DNA of 60,324 nt, the filler included. It is 3 parts of 3 records of this genome, joined end to end, with 100 filler letters (N's around TTAATTAATTAA, not from the genome) between each part and the next. Parts side by side here need not be neighbours in the genome. Positions count along the whole stretch, not along the records: positions 1 to 28,519 come from DRR378314_198; positions 28,620 to 44,285 come from DRR378314_199; 1 more part is not named here. One strand, 5' to 3'. The notes under the pieces are model-generated. The model saw only the letters and a list, made by a program, of their open reading frames with translations. It was not told the origin of the DNA and ran no database searches. Positions 22,778-33,798 of the stretch are shown piece by piece. The translations under genes and the position numbers were made by a program. Numbering within the stretch: the first letter of the stretch is position 1; each line of letters starts with the position of its first letter.

Positions 22778-25700
22778 GGAGGTTCGACCGAAAACAGAGG
22801 CAGCGTGAAAGAGCTGTCAACTCATTTAATATATGTGGATCCTGCAACCCAAAACGAAGCAGTCCGTGATTCACATGCGTCTGAGCACGCACCTCCCTAC
22901 GCGAATGCACTGCATGCGCCAACACGCTACGCAAAAAGACTGTACACGCAGAGAATCACATGTGCTTACAAACCCAAATTCATTAAGCCGAAAAAATTGT
23001 TTGTATTCCCAAGGTAAGGAATGTCCGCTTCCCCGCCTACGCGGCGATCCGCAGAAAGATACTTTTCCCACGCACATGTGCCACATGTATCACAAGACAA
23101 TTTGTAAAACGCAAAATTCATACCAAGGCTGCTCGGTTGCGCTCCTCTGTTTGAAGTACTAGAGATTGGAGTCCCTGCAACGCTTTGGCCTTGTCGTCGC
23201 TGGCGAAGTGCGCCATGCCTTCAGCGATAGTGCTTGGTGCCGTACGGTTCAGGTTTTTCGCCAGAGTGCTGTCTCCCTGCGACTCTACGGAATTCGATAC
23301 CATATGTTTGAAAAAGACGAAATGTCAAGAGTAAACCTCACGGATTCACACGCCTATCTAAAGATCACGCGCTGTCATGGCAACCTGGAAGGTACAGAGA
23401 AAGTTTACTTCCGCAAGATTCTACGCGGATAGGTACGGAAATGGCAACCTCCGCTCCACGCGGTCGCTGCCGTGCAAAGCTGACCAAAGGCCAAGTCTGC
23501 AGTGAGTTGTCTCTTTCCAGACCTGTGCTCTCTCTGAGGCGAAATGCGCACGCACAGTAGCGGTTGGTTTTCCTCTGTTTGACGTTCGACTAGTGAATGA
23601 ATTCCCCGCATGGCCCAGAGTTCCACAGGGAAAGCAGTGCGACAATGCGAGAACACAAACTGGGCACTGCTGGGTCTCGCCCGATCGAGCAGGAGCACTC
23701 AGGACGGATTACTGATGCGTGCTTTCTACCGGACGTACAACGTAACCTTATCAATGTACTTTGAGAAACATAAAATACTGCGCATTCGTTAACAAGGATG
23801 AAATTCTGGCTACTATCGGCCGCAGAGTGCAATGGCGAGTCTTGGGCGCCGAGGCGTCCGCAAGGATATGGAGCTGCTTTCTCTTCGGCCGCCTGCACGC
23901 CATTTCACCGTGCAAAAAAGACCCAAAGTGCCTCTTCTTTTCGCCAGAAAAGCACCGTCCAAACTAATACTGCAACACATCACATGTGCTGCACACAATG
24001 TCATGTACGCGGCCCATAATGTGCAAGAACGGACCTTTCACAATACTTCCCCCCGTAGAATGCGACCCAAAACTCACGGAGTACCAGTGTCGCGCAGACT
24101 GGACGTCGTCGCGGACGAACCGCCACCGGACTGCCTGTAAACTTTTCACCTCGGGCTCCTCACTCACGCCTTTCGAAGTTCTCATTGTAGCAATAGAGAA
24201 AAATAAGAGAAAAAGACGAATGGTAATACAGTCCGATGTACACCTTTCCTCTAAAGCGGAGTGGAAGAATCTGTTGTGCACACGAACGCGTAGTCTTGCC
24301 TGGAGGTATGGAAACCTGTTGTCCAGCGTTTCCGACGTTCCAAGGGGCAGACTCTTTACTGCACTGTGCCCTAGCACGAGCCATGCAGTGCCTCCGCTAT
24401 ATTCGATTCAATGACTCGCTATCCCGTCGCAAAGTGTTTATATTCGCTGAAGTCAACACGGCAGGAAATACGACTCTGGGCTCGAGGCAGAGACAATGGA
24501 AATTGCTAGCGTCTGCGTGCGCAGTGCAAATTGCTGGCGTCGCGCGGCGGTGCTACTGCGCAAACCGCCCTCACGTGGCTTTGCGGCGCGAAATACGCCT
24601 TTGGAAGCTGATAATTGTGACATCGCGTTGCGGACGCGAGAGAAGTCGCAATGGGTGCGAAGACGTCCCTCGAAAATCGAAGACCCCGTTCCCAGACTGC
24701 CGGGTGACTCCGGCGGAGTTTCACAGAAGCGGCAGGGCCGTGCACTGCGACACACCGTAGAGCTCAGAGAGCCTGAGAGCTCGCATGCCCCGTCTATAAC
24801 CCTCTGCGGGGAGATTCGACGCACGTTATTATATTTTATACGTCAGCAAGATGCATGAAAAATAACACTCAACCGTGCAAGGAGGGAAAGGCATAGGCCC
24901 AAGATTACCTGCCCTTCGCGTGACAATGACTCGCAAGAGGCCTCGCAACGGGTGCCCGTTGGTTTGAGCAACGAGTCGATGCACAAACAATTGGAAATCC
25001 TGTGCTGCAATATTTCCAGCGATATGCAATATGTAAACGGCAATGCAATGGGCAATGATAATAGGGCGTGTAAAGTGGAAACTCCTCACGAGGCAGATAT
25101 GGTGATACGGATTGGCAGCGTGCTCGTGCTCGCTCAGGTGCCGCGCGAGTAAAGTGATACCCGTCGCTGGCGGTAGTATGCGTAGTACACGCACGCAATC
25201 ACGGAGCTGCGCGCATGGATGTCGTGCCACGAATGAGGGCACGCAGTGCAGTGATTCTGAACATAGACACTTTCATTTGCAACAATGCAACGGCAACATC
25301 GCAAGCATGGAAACGTGAAAGGAGGAAAGGGGAGGGGGGAAGGAGTGCGCACTGCGATTTCCGTGTTGCACGCCGGCAAAAACGCCGTGCCTGAGGCGAC
25401 AGGTCCAGCTCCAGCAACGTGCGCATGAGCTTCGTCGCGTCACAAGCACAAAAATCAGCCGTGATTCGCACGCCACAGCGGGCGCGTTCTAATCCGCACA
25501 CGATCCACCCTCTCTGCGCTGATCCCGCTCGTATAATCATCCCACGTTAGAAAGGGCTGCAGAGAGTGGAGCAACAAAAGGCAACAGGGCAGCGCCGTGA
25601 GCGCGGGACCAAACATCAGACTCGAAACACGCACTCACACAGGACCCTCCGCCACCATAACCTTGCAACGCAGCGATCATATGTTAAACCTTTGGCGCAT

Positions 25701-26140
25701 GTACACGTAGATGGTCGCGAGAGCATCCGCTGGTTCGTGTGTGAGGGCTCACTATCCTCGCCAAGGCGGCAACGCCTGGCAGGCGAGCAAACGAGAGCAG
25801 AGCGGTCTTGGCTGCCTCACGCCCGACACAGCGCGTCAACACGGCAACGACAAGAACCAGCGGCAATCCACGATACGACAACCGATACCCCCTTCCTGTG
25901 TGACAATCCAGTTTTTTGTTTTCTGCACGCTGAGCGGCAAGCACTACAACGGCCGCGCTTCGCATGGGAACAGCCTCTCTGCGGAGGCTGTGGGCGCCAC
26001 AATACCCGCGTGCCGCCCAACACGCAAAACGCAGCGCGCGCGGCGCCCGAAACGAATACTGGCGTGTCACCTCCGAGCATACTACCAGGGTTGGTCACAG
26101 AAATGTAGTCCTCCAAAAATTTATGCGGAGAGCAATAACC

Positions 26141-26968
26141 TCACTGGGCCGAGCTCAGTGCAACGTACTGGAAGACGTCCAGCAGCTGTCAAAGTCGACG
26201 CGAGCATCAGAGAGCGAGTTCGCGCACCGTGGAGCGCACCGACAGCACGGTCCGAGAGAGAAAGCGAAAGGAACGGTGCGAAACGTAGCGCAACGCGGCA
26301 AGTAAGACAATCACGAGATGCGCAACCTCGTGAGCATGACAAATGCGTTGGTAAAAATGCCCAGATCAGCGTGCCAAGACCAAATACGTTGCAATCAGCC
26401 GGGCCGAAACGCCGCGCGCCGGGGCGCCTGCGTAGTGCAGGAGGCGCGCCGGCAGCGCTGTGTGTGGCTCCACTGCGTGGAGCGGCCCCTGAGTGAGTGT
26501 GAGGCGGCGGAGAAGCGCCCGCGTCAGACAGTGCGCCGCTCGTGCCCGACCACACGCCTCTTGCACCACAGTGACGGCACGAACAGCAATCGATCGCGCA
26601 AGAGCAGCGCGTAGTGCAACAGTATCCAGTGTAACGTGTGGTAGACAGCAGATCGGGATCCTATGCACGACGATGAAAGACTAGGCAACTCCGTGCAACC
26701 GTGCCAGCTACATCAGGCGACGTGCGCGAGGCGAGTCCGCTGTGGCATTTCAGCATGCAAACACGCTACGCCGCTTGCTCGCCGCCGAGCAGGAGCTGCA
26801 GGCAGCGCGCGCACAACGCACCGCGGGCCGCGGGTCCGACAGCAGATATCCGACTGCTAAAGCAGTGGGGAGCGATCCGTAGTACACGAGCGCATGAGCA
26901 ATGCGCTTTGCCGCGCTCACTGGAGGAGCGGCGGCGGCTCCAGGCTGGCCACGCTGCTGTCTTGGCAT
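26141..26968 (-). CDS. TOM7: Mitochondrial import receptor subunit TOM7, 2 exons (26968-26822, 26185-26141), 63 aa
   Basis: MPRQQRGQPGAAAAPPVSAAKRIAHALVYYGSLPTALAVGYLLSDPRPA|LLDVFQYVALSSAQ*. Has the Tom7 aromatic-G-x-x-P transmembrane signature and S-D-P-R-P-x-L-L tail. Phase-0 GTGCGT...ACAG intron. Confidence 0.75.
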
Positions 26969-27405
26969 ATCGACGCGGTCGTAAATGCGGTTCTGGCGGA
27001 AACTTTGTCCGACTCATAACCGCACCTGCTCAGCAGCCAGCGGTGTTGCGCGCACAGAGTTGGGCGCCGACTGCAGTCCCGTCGATGAAAAATTCGATCC
27101 ATCGAGAATGTACGTTGTTTCCGACCACCTGCCTGCCGCGACGATGATGCTCCAAATTTGTCCTCGCCACCAAGGCAAGTCCAGCAAGCAATCAGCGTCG
27201 CAAAAGTGTAATCTTAACCCTACTATCGTGATACGCTACCCAGAAGAAATGACAGACACTGATGCGAAATTGCATATTAGATTTCAGACAGCGCCCATTT
27301 GCCGGAGTGCTGTCCTCCCCAGCGCTGGCAGGCATCTTTTTGTCTTTCTCGATTCCCTTTCAACCGCGTCGTGTTTTGTCCAGCGCGCTCTTTTCCAAGC
27401 CCTTT

Positions 27406-28507
27406 ATGACAGAACAGAACAATGCACCAGTGAACGCCCTCAATGATGAAGGTACGCCAATTGAGTCTTCCTTTTCTCCATTCGCATCGTTCAATCATCC
27501 TGTCTTGTGAACTGCGTTGCGCAAGTAGTGCGTCGGCCGGCGAGTCCTGCAGCTGGCGAGCAGGATCGCTCCTGTACTCCGCAAGTCCACCGTCAGTCGG
27601 GCGCAGCACCCCGCCAGCGTGCTTTGTAGATGTTCCGCGCTCGCCTTCTTGTTGCCAACGTCTGTTGCCTTTCCACGTCTTGAGGCAAAAAAACGGGTAG
27701 ATTTACTGCGAAGCATGGTGAATTAGAGTCTCGATTTTTCGTTGGAAACGGCGTTTTTGCGCGCTCTGGCGCGTGCGTGTTGTCGTAGGGAGGGCCTGCG
27801 AAGAACGTGCTGTGCGCGCTGTGCGGACAGGGGGCATGGTCATGTCGGTCAATATCACCAGAGGAGTGTGAGGTGTTGGCGTCCGCTCCACGAGGGGGCG
27901 CGTGTGGGAATAGAAGTGCTGCCACATTTCGGTTTCGATAGCCGCGTGCTCAAAGCATAGAGGTTTTGCCCCAGTCTTGCCGCTACAGTTCTACCCCTCA
28001 TTTGTGCTTTTTCGTGTGCTTCAATTTTTCATGAGAAGCTAGCATTGAGAATGGGCGTTGCAAGGCCCTTGCGAACAATGGGCGATGCTGCTGTCGAGAA
28101 GCCTTTGGCGGTCTTGAAGCGCGCGTGGCGGCGTTGTGCGTGCCTGCGGGCGGTGCTGCCTCTGTCGTGGCACTTTGCCACTGCTGCTGCGTGCGGCTGT
28201 TCTCTTGCTGTGCTTGCAGGCCTCCCCGTATCGCACTGTATCCGAGACCCGAAAGGCTGAGCGAAATCTTCATTACTCTACATTGTTTCCCGTATGCGTG
28301 TCGCAGTGAACAAGCTTTCGCTTCGGGGGGCTCCCAACGGCAACGGAAGTGGCAACCGCGGCGGCGGCGGTCGCAACAACCGTGGTGGTCGTGGAGGCAG
28401 CAATGGCGTCCGCGGCCGCTATGTCCCGCCTCATATGAGGAACTCGGGAGGCGCAAACCGTGGAACGCCACCTGATCACGAAGGTGGAGATCGCTCGCAG
28501 GATTTCG
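27406..28507 (+). CDS. DEAD-box RNA helicase DDX3/Ded1, 5' part (exons 27406-27451, 28307-28507), truncated by contig end
   Basis: MTEQNNAPVNALNDE|VNKLSL (NES-like), an RGG-rich tract and GRYVPPHMRN (the Ded1/DDX3 YVPPHLR motif). The helicase core is not in the window. Confidence 0.75.
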
Positions 28508-28519
28508 GTGCGTTATTTT

Positions 28520-28619
28520 NNNNNNNNNNNNNNNNNNNNNNNNNNNNNNNNNNNNNNNNNNNNTTAATTAATTAANNNNNNNNNNNNNNNNNNNNNNNNN
28601 NNNNNNNNNNNNNNNNNNN
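28520..28619. other. Artificial contig linker N44-TTAATTAATTAA-N44
   Basis: 100-nt spacer with stops in all six frames. Composition and gene style change abruptly across it. Confidence 0.99.
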
Positions 28620-28674
28620 ACAAAATCAAAATTTTGTTGCTTTTTAGACGACCTCTTTTTTTAACCCTTTAATT

Positions 28675-29310
28675 TTGAAAAGAAAACTAAAATTACTTTT
28701 TCTACTGTCCATATCCGTATTTTTAATCATCCTTATTTTGAAAGAACTCAAAAACACCATCCCAGATAGTATTAGACCAGAGGTGGAGACTGCCCTAGGG
28801 CATTTTCCGGAACTTAAGGGCATTCCTATTGAATTCAAATTCAAAAAAAACATAAGAAAATCCGTAATGCAGGCCCAGCCGACCTGGAGCGCACTGCTAA
28901 AGCCCAAAAGCAAACGTAGCTACGTAATTCTTATCAGTGAAGAGTTCAAAATTTCCGGCGAAGAATTTAAAACGGTGGACATGCCTACAGATGTTTTGAT
29001 AGGATGGGTAGGTCACGAACTTGGGCACGTTATGGATTACCAAGAGCGGGGAAACCTGAATCTTGTAGGCTTTGGCGTTCGGTATGTGTTGTTGAAGGAG
29101 TTCGTAAAAAAAGCGGAGCGTGCTGCAGATTCCTTTGCCGTATCGCGAGGTATGTCCGAATATATTCTGAAAACAAAGCGTTTTATACTCGACCATTCGG
29201 AAATTGATGAAACCTACAAAACAAGAATAAAGCAATATTACCTATCTCCCGATGAAATTATGGAAATGGTCAAAGAGCAAGATTCCCTAAATGACAATGG
29301 ATTGTTATGA
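28675..29310 (+). CDS. Hypothetical membrane-anchored/exported zincin-like protein (HExxH)
   Basis: Hydrophobic N-terminus, GHELGH and a downstream E-R-A-A-D (ExxAD) third-ligand motif. TTG start. Confidence 0.7.
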   Translation: MKRKLKLLFLLSISVFLIILILKELKNTIPDSIRPEVETALGHFPELKGIPIEFKFKKNIRKSVMQAQPTWSALLKPKSKRSYVILISEEFKISGEEFKTVDMPTDVLIGWVGHELGHVMDYQERGNLNLVGFGVRYVLLKEFVKKAERAADSFAVSRGMSEYILKTKRFILDHSEIDETYKTRIKQYYLSPDEIMEMVKEQDSLNDNGLL

Positions 29311-30828
29311 GTTTTGGAAAACAAATGCCTCCCATTCCTTAAAACGGCCCTCTCCCATAACTCTTTCCATTTTTACCTGTCCGCCCTTTTTCTTATTGGC
29401 ACCGTTCCAATCCGCGAACATTTGCTGGGGCACAAAATTTACCTTCACCCCTTCCAAAGCTTTGCTTCGGGCAACTTTGTAATTTTTGTTGGCTTCTTTT
29501 AAGTAACTGTCCAGGACGCTGGCCGTTTTTTCTTCGTCCAAATGCTCATCGGAACCCAAATACCACGTATGGTAAAATCCGTCATCAAAACGTTTTGCAC
29601 AAAGTGTATATTCAGGAACCTTAATATTCAGTTCTTCCTCCAAATGTTTTACGGCATCATTCAATTTGTTCACCGAAAGCTGTGACCCCACGGTATTTAA
29701 AAAGAATTTGGTACGTCCCGTGATTTTTATTTCGGCTCGTTCCACATCGGTAAAGGCAATGGTATCTCCAATTATATATCGCCACGCACCGGACACCGTT
29801 GATATTATCAAAACATAATCCACATCTGCTTCAACCTCATCCAAGGTAATGGAGGGTGCATCCTCCGTTAACGAACCATCTTGATTGACATACTCAGGTT
29901 CAAAAGGCACAAACTCAAAATAGATTCCGTTGTCCGTGATAAGTTTCATCGCAGTGGTCTCTGGCCTGTTTTGACAGGCAAAAAATCCTTCGGACGCCAA
30001 ATAGGTATCTATAATTTGAATGGGGCGGCCCAATAGGGCATTGAAGCTTTTCTCGTAAGGGTCAAACGCCACTCCACCCGATGTAAAAGCCCGTAAGTTG
30101 GGCCATATCTCGTGGATATTGTCCACCTTATGATAGTCTATTACTTTCTTGAGCATCAGCTCCATCCAAGAAGGAATGCCGCTCAGGGCGCCAATATCCC
30201 AATTTTTGGCATTCTGTGCTATGGAAAGTACACGCTCGTCCCAATCATCTATTTTTGCGATTTGGTCACCGGGCTTATAGTATTTTTTGAACCAGAAAGG
30301 AATGTTACTGGCACTTATGCCGCTAATTTCACCTTCTTTTTTACCATCGCGCTCCTGCAGATTGGTAGAACTCCCCAACATCATGATTTCTTTCTCAAAA
30401 AAATCGGCGGGCATATCAAAATTGCTCATCGCAAACACCTGTTGCCTTCCAGCTCGGGTAATGGAGTCCAACATATCTCCGGTAACGGGTATTCTTTTGG
30501 GTTTTTTTCCCGTAGTACCCGAAGAAAGAGCAAAGAAATCAGGGCTTCCCGGCCAGACAACGTCAGCTTCGCCTTGAATGGTCTTGCTCCACCATTCATC
30601 GGTTATTTTTTTATAATCGTGGTAGGGTATCGCTTCGGAAAATGCCTTTTGGACATCGTTGGATTTTAAAATGGAATCAAAAACGTATTCTTTTCCAAAT
30701 TGAGTATTCTTTGCCTTGGCCAATAATGTCTCCAAGGTCTTTTTCTGCTCTTCGACCGGACTATTTTCCTTGCTCAGCGCATCCCGAGCTTCGATAACCC
30801 CTTTTATAATGTTTCCTATGATTGCCAT
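29305..30828 (-). CDS. GH3 auxin-responsive-promoter family protein (acyl-adenylate-forming)
   Basis: SSGTTGKKPK, YLASEGFF, YFEFVP, GAWRYIIGD and ITGRT motifs; 507 aa. Confidence 0.9.
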   Translation of the reverse strand: MAIIGNIIKGVIEARDALSKENSPVEEQKKTLETLLAKAKNTQFGKEYVFDSILKSNDVQKAFSEAIPYHDYKKITDEWWSKTIQGEADVVWPGSPDFFALSSGTTGKKPKRIPVTGDMLDSITRAGRQQVFAMSNFDMPADFFEKEIMMLGSSTNLQERDGKKEGEISGISASNIPFWFKKYYKPGDQIAKIDDWDERVLSIAQNAKNWDIGALSGIPSWMELMLKKVIDYHKVDNIHEIWPNLRAFTSGGVAFDPYEKSFNALLGRPIQIIDTYLASEGFFACQNRPETTAMKLITDNGIYFEFVPFEPEYVNQDGSLTEDAPSITLDEVEADVDYVLIISTVSGAWRYIIGDTIAFTDVERAEIKITGRTKFFLNTVGSQLSVNKLNDAVKHLEEELNIKVPEYTLCAKRFDDGFYHTWYLGSDEHLDEEKTASVLDSYLKEANKNYKVARSKALEGVKVNFVPQQMFADWNGANKKKGGQVKMERVMGEGRFKEWEAFVFQNS

Positions 30829-30912
30829 TTATCGGTAATTTATGTGTTTAAATTTACCCTAATAACGCAGGAAAGTTTCACTCAATCCATTTTTAGATTG
30901 ACGTAAATCATC

Positions 30913-31209
30913 TTAAGCATTTACAGCGGCCGATAAAGAAGAGGAATCGGTGAAAACATCTCTGGCAACAGGCTGTTCCAATTTGTTGGCAATTTTGGAA
31001 TAAAGAGGCTCTGGTGTATCCCGATGTATTGAAACATTGCCATTGCCAGGATCGATTTGAACAACGACCAAAGAAAGGTAATCCATAAGGTGTTCGGCTT
31101 CTTTTATGAGTATTCTAACCACCTGAAGCCGGACCGCATATTCTAAATTGATTTTGCGCTCATGGTGCAATGCCCTTTTATCCTTTAGATTTTTCCAGAT
31201 TATTTCCAA
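30913..31209 (-). CDS. Hypothetical protein
   Basis: 98-aa ORF in an AT-rich region; no family recognised. Confidence 0.55.
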   Translation of the reverse strand: MEIIWKNLKDKRALHHERKINLEYAVRLQVVRILIKEAEHLMDYLSLVVVQIDPGNGNVSIHRDTPEPLYSKIANKLEQPVARDVFTDSSSLSAAVNA

Positions 31210-31503
31210 GTCAAAATTTTCAACAAAAATAGCCCAAATAATATTTGTTTTACAATTACGTTACATTTATTTAACATTGAAAACATCTTCCTGCTTTCTT
31301 TGGCCCATCTTATTTCTTGCGAGCTAAGGACACATTATCAACCCGTTAACCCCCAAATCCATTTTTATTGGGTTTTTTTCAACACTTTAGCCGATTCACT
31401 TCTTAATGTTTTCATAAATATGGAAATCAAATAGTTCCATAGGCAAAAAATATCAAACTAACTCTTATATTTAGCCGATTGCGAATAATTTTAAAAACAA
31501 AAA

Positions 31504-31731
31504 ATGACCCACGAATTACTAGAAAAGGCGGAAGAGTTTGAAAAAAGGCCCATGAGCCACATGTCCACCAGCGATAGGGTTAAGGCCTCAAGGGAAGCAA
31601 AAAGCTTGATTCTTTCCATAAACGAGATTTATAAAAAAACCAAGGATTCCAAATTAATGGAAACCATGAAAAACATTACCGCAAAGAAGCGTAAAATAGA
31701 AAAGCGCCTCAAAGGTTCCCCTTTGGTTTAA
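31504..31731 (+). CDS. Small basic helical hypothetical protein
   Basis: 75-aa ORF with an A-rich translation-initiation region typical of Bacteroidota. Confidence 0.65.
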   Translation: MTHELLEKAEEFEKRPMSHMSTSDRVKASREAKSLILSINEIYKKTKDSKLMETMKNITAKKRKIEKRLKGSPLV

Positions 31732-32015
31732 TATACCTTTTGTGGAAGGGTATTGGTGGTTCCCAAACCAATACCCTTCCCAAAAAACTTTTGTTCCCCT
31801 TCCCAAAACCTTTCTAAATTGTTGTTTTTCAGCGAACAACTCAATTTCGCTAAGCACTCTATTACCTGAGAACAATACTTTTTCCATTTACATAACATTT
31901 ATAACCAATTATGTCTTAATTACTGCAACCAATAAAAAACTGGATTGTATTAATGGGTGTTATAGATAATTTAGAGCTATAGTTTTAACTCAACTAAATA
32001 CAAACACTCAGAAAA

Positions 32016-32117
32016 ATGAACACTATGGAAGCAAAGCTAGGGTACCTATTCTGGTACGTTGTAATTGCACTATCCGTTTACGCTCTTTTAAGCAGTATCT
32101 ACCTTTACATTAGTTAA
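32016..32117 (+). CDS. Putative 33-aa single-pass membrane protein (not in ORF track)
   Basis: MNTMEAKLGYLFWYVVIALSVYALLSSIYLYIS*, with an A-rich leader and a downstream terminator. Confidence 0.5.
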   Translation: MNTMEAKLGYLFWYVVIALSVYALLSSIYLYIS

Positions 32118-32170
32118 CTATACTAAACACTAACACAAACCCAATATAGTTAGTAATGTGTCTTTATAGG

Positions 32171-32196
32171 GGGCCCCTGATCAGGTGCCCTTTTTT
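32171..32196 (+). terminator. Intrinsic terminator, possibly bidirectional
   Basis: GGGCCCCT-GATC-AGGTGCCC hairpin (one mismatch) followed by TTTTTT, abutting the pyruvate kinase stop. Confidence 0.6.
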
Positions 32197-33733
32197 AATT
32201 CCAGTTCATTCTCGGTAACAAAACTTCTTTCTTGTAGTGATAATCCTCCACATTTATTAGTACCTCATCCAAAAAAGATATAGCTTCATTTACATGAGGT
32301 CCTTTGTTCAACATTACACATTCAGCTTGAACCGAAGAAGTAATATCGGTTATTTCAGACCTTGAGGGCATGCCCTTCTTTGCAAGACTTTCCAATACTT
32401 GAGTGGCCCAAACCACCGGTATATGGGCTGCACTGCAAAACGATAAAATCCCTTCCTGCACCATTCCCATATTTTTCCAACCCACTTCCAATGCCAGATC
32501 GCCGCGGGCAATCATAATGCCCAAATGCTTGCGCTGCATCGCAGATATTAGAATGCTTATTAAATTCCTGTACGCCAAATTGGTCTCAATTTTCAGAATA
32601 ATGCCCAATTCTTCATCTGCCCCCAATCTTTTCAATTCATACAAGAGGTCGTCAACATCATTTTCATCGTTTACATAAGAGTAATTTACGATGTCCGCAT
32701 GAGCAACCACAAACTTCAAGTCTTCCCGATCTTTGTCCGTAAGCCCAGAAATGCCCAAATCCAAGGTGGGCAGGTTGATTCCCTTTTCTCCTTTTAGTTT
32801 TGCACCGCCAACTTTGGCCCGTGTTATTTTTACCCTAAACGATTCCGAAGCCGTTTCCACAACCTCGCCCTCCATTTTGCCATCATCAAATAAAATGGGC
32901 TCTCCTTTTTTTACACGTTGAATAATTTGAGAAGGTACACAACCAATTGTCGCAGGTTTCACAACGATTCCGTTTTTATCATACTCTGGAAGGGTTGCTC
33001 CATTTTCTCTGTCGGTAACAATAAGGTGGTCCCCTTTATTAAGTGGAATAAATTGTTTTTCTTTCTTTTTTGAAGCTTTGGATCGTTTTCCTTGCACAGT
33101 GAAATCAATGCTACCTGTTCTAACCTTGGACCCTGTTAAATCCATGGCAACTTTGACAGTGGCGGAACATTCTTTAGCTGCTTTGCGCACATTGTCAATT
33201 ATGGCTTTCCAAACATCGGGACCATCATGCGCGCAATTTATTCGAGCACAGTCCATCCCGTTTTTTACCATATGCAACACCATATCGTAATTGGTGGCTG
33301 CCTCGGTGGGCTGCGTGACCATAATCCTGACCCTTCGCGATTTGGTATTGGTCCCAAAAAGTTCATCAGTATGCTTTACAAGTAATTTCGCACCATCACC
33401 AATGCTTAAAAACTCTTTCTTGGAAAGGTCTGGAGCAGCTCCCAATAAGCTGTTAACGATAATTTTGAGATTGATGATACTCCCCAAAATATTACCTTCC
33501 GAATTGGCAAGACGCGTTAAGCCCAATTGCTTTAGACCTTTTTGCATGTTTCGGGCATCAAAACTTCGGAAGGTAGCATAGTGCAATAAATTTTTTGCAC
33601 TTTCCCTATAAACCGGACATACCTCCGCAGGCAAAATACCATCAATAGCCTGTTGCCGTTGAATCAAATTTATGACTTCGTCAATCTGCAAAGCCATTTT
33701 TTGCAACTGTTGCCGTGTAATACCCATACCCAC
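32195..33733 (-). CDS. pyk: Pyruvate kinase, atypical form with N-terminal extension and no C-terminal regulatory domain
   Basis: RIMVT, GMDCARINCAH, MDLTGSKVRTG, FDDGK, KGINLP, LKIET, MIARGDL, WATQVLES, PSRSEITD and CVMLNKG. The protein ends ~35 aa after the barrel. Confidence 0.88.
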   Translation of the reverse strand: MGMGITRQQLQKMALQIDEVINLIQRQQAIDGILPAEVCPVYRESAKNLLHYATFRSFDARNMQKGLKQLGLTRLANSEGNILGSIINLKIIVNSLLGAAPDLSKKEFLSIGDGAKLLVKHTDELFGTNTKSRRVRIMVTQPTEAATNYDMVLHMVKNGMDCARINCAHDGPDVWKAIIDNVRKAAKECSATVKVAMDLTGSKVRTGSIDFTVQGKRSKASKKKEKQFIPLNKGDHLIVTDRENGATLPEYDKNGIVVKPATIGCVPSQIIQRVKKGEPILFDDGKMEGEVVETASESFRVKITRAKVGGAKLKGEKGINLPTLDLGISGLTDKDREDLKFVVAHADIVNYSYVNDENDVDDLLYELKRLGADEELGIILKIETNLAYRNLISILISAMQRKHLGIMIARGDLALEVGWKNMGMVQEGILSFCSAAHIPVVWATQVLESLAKKGMPSRSEITDITSSVQAECVMLNKGPHVNEAISFLDEVLINVEDYHYKKEVLLPRMNWN

Positions 33734-33738
33734 TATTT

Positions 33739-33786
33739 ATGACAAAGATCATAAGTAAATCGTTCAAAAAAACTGACATTGATCAG
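33739..33786. promoter_or_regulatory. Tandem Crp/Fnr-type palindromes upstream of pyk
   Basis: ATGAC-AAAG-ATCAT (33739-33752) and CTGAC-ATTG-ATCAG (33773-33786). Confidence 0.55.
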
Positions 33787-33798
33787 CGTAATGTAACA

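Noticed and set aside
142-28479. Most short overlapping ORFs of the six-frame track in the eukaryotic part
   Set aside because: They are GC-driven shadow frames or intron read-through, explained by the spliced models.
28564-28575. TTAATTAATTAA palindrome (also 44330-44341) as a biological site
   Set aside because: It is centred in exact N44 flanks both times, so it is an assembly spacer.
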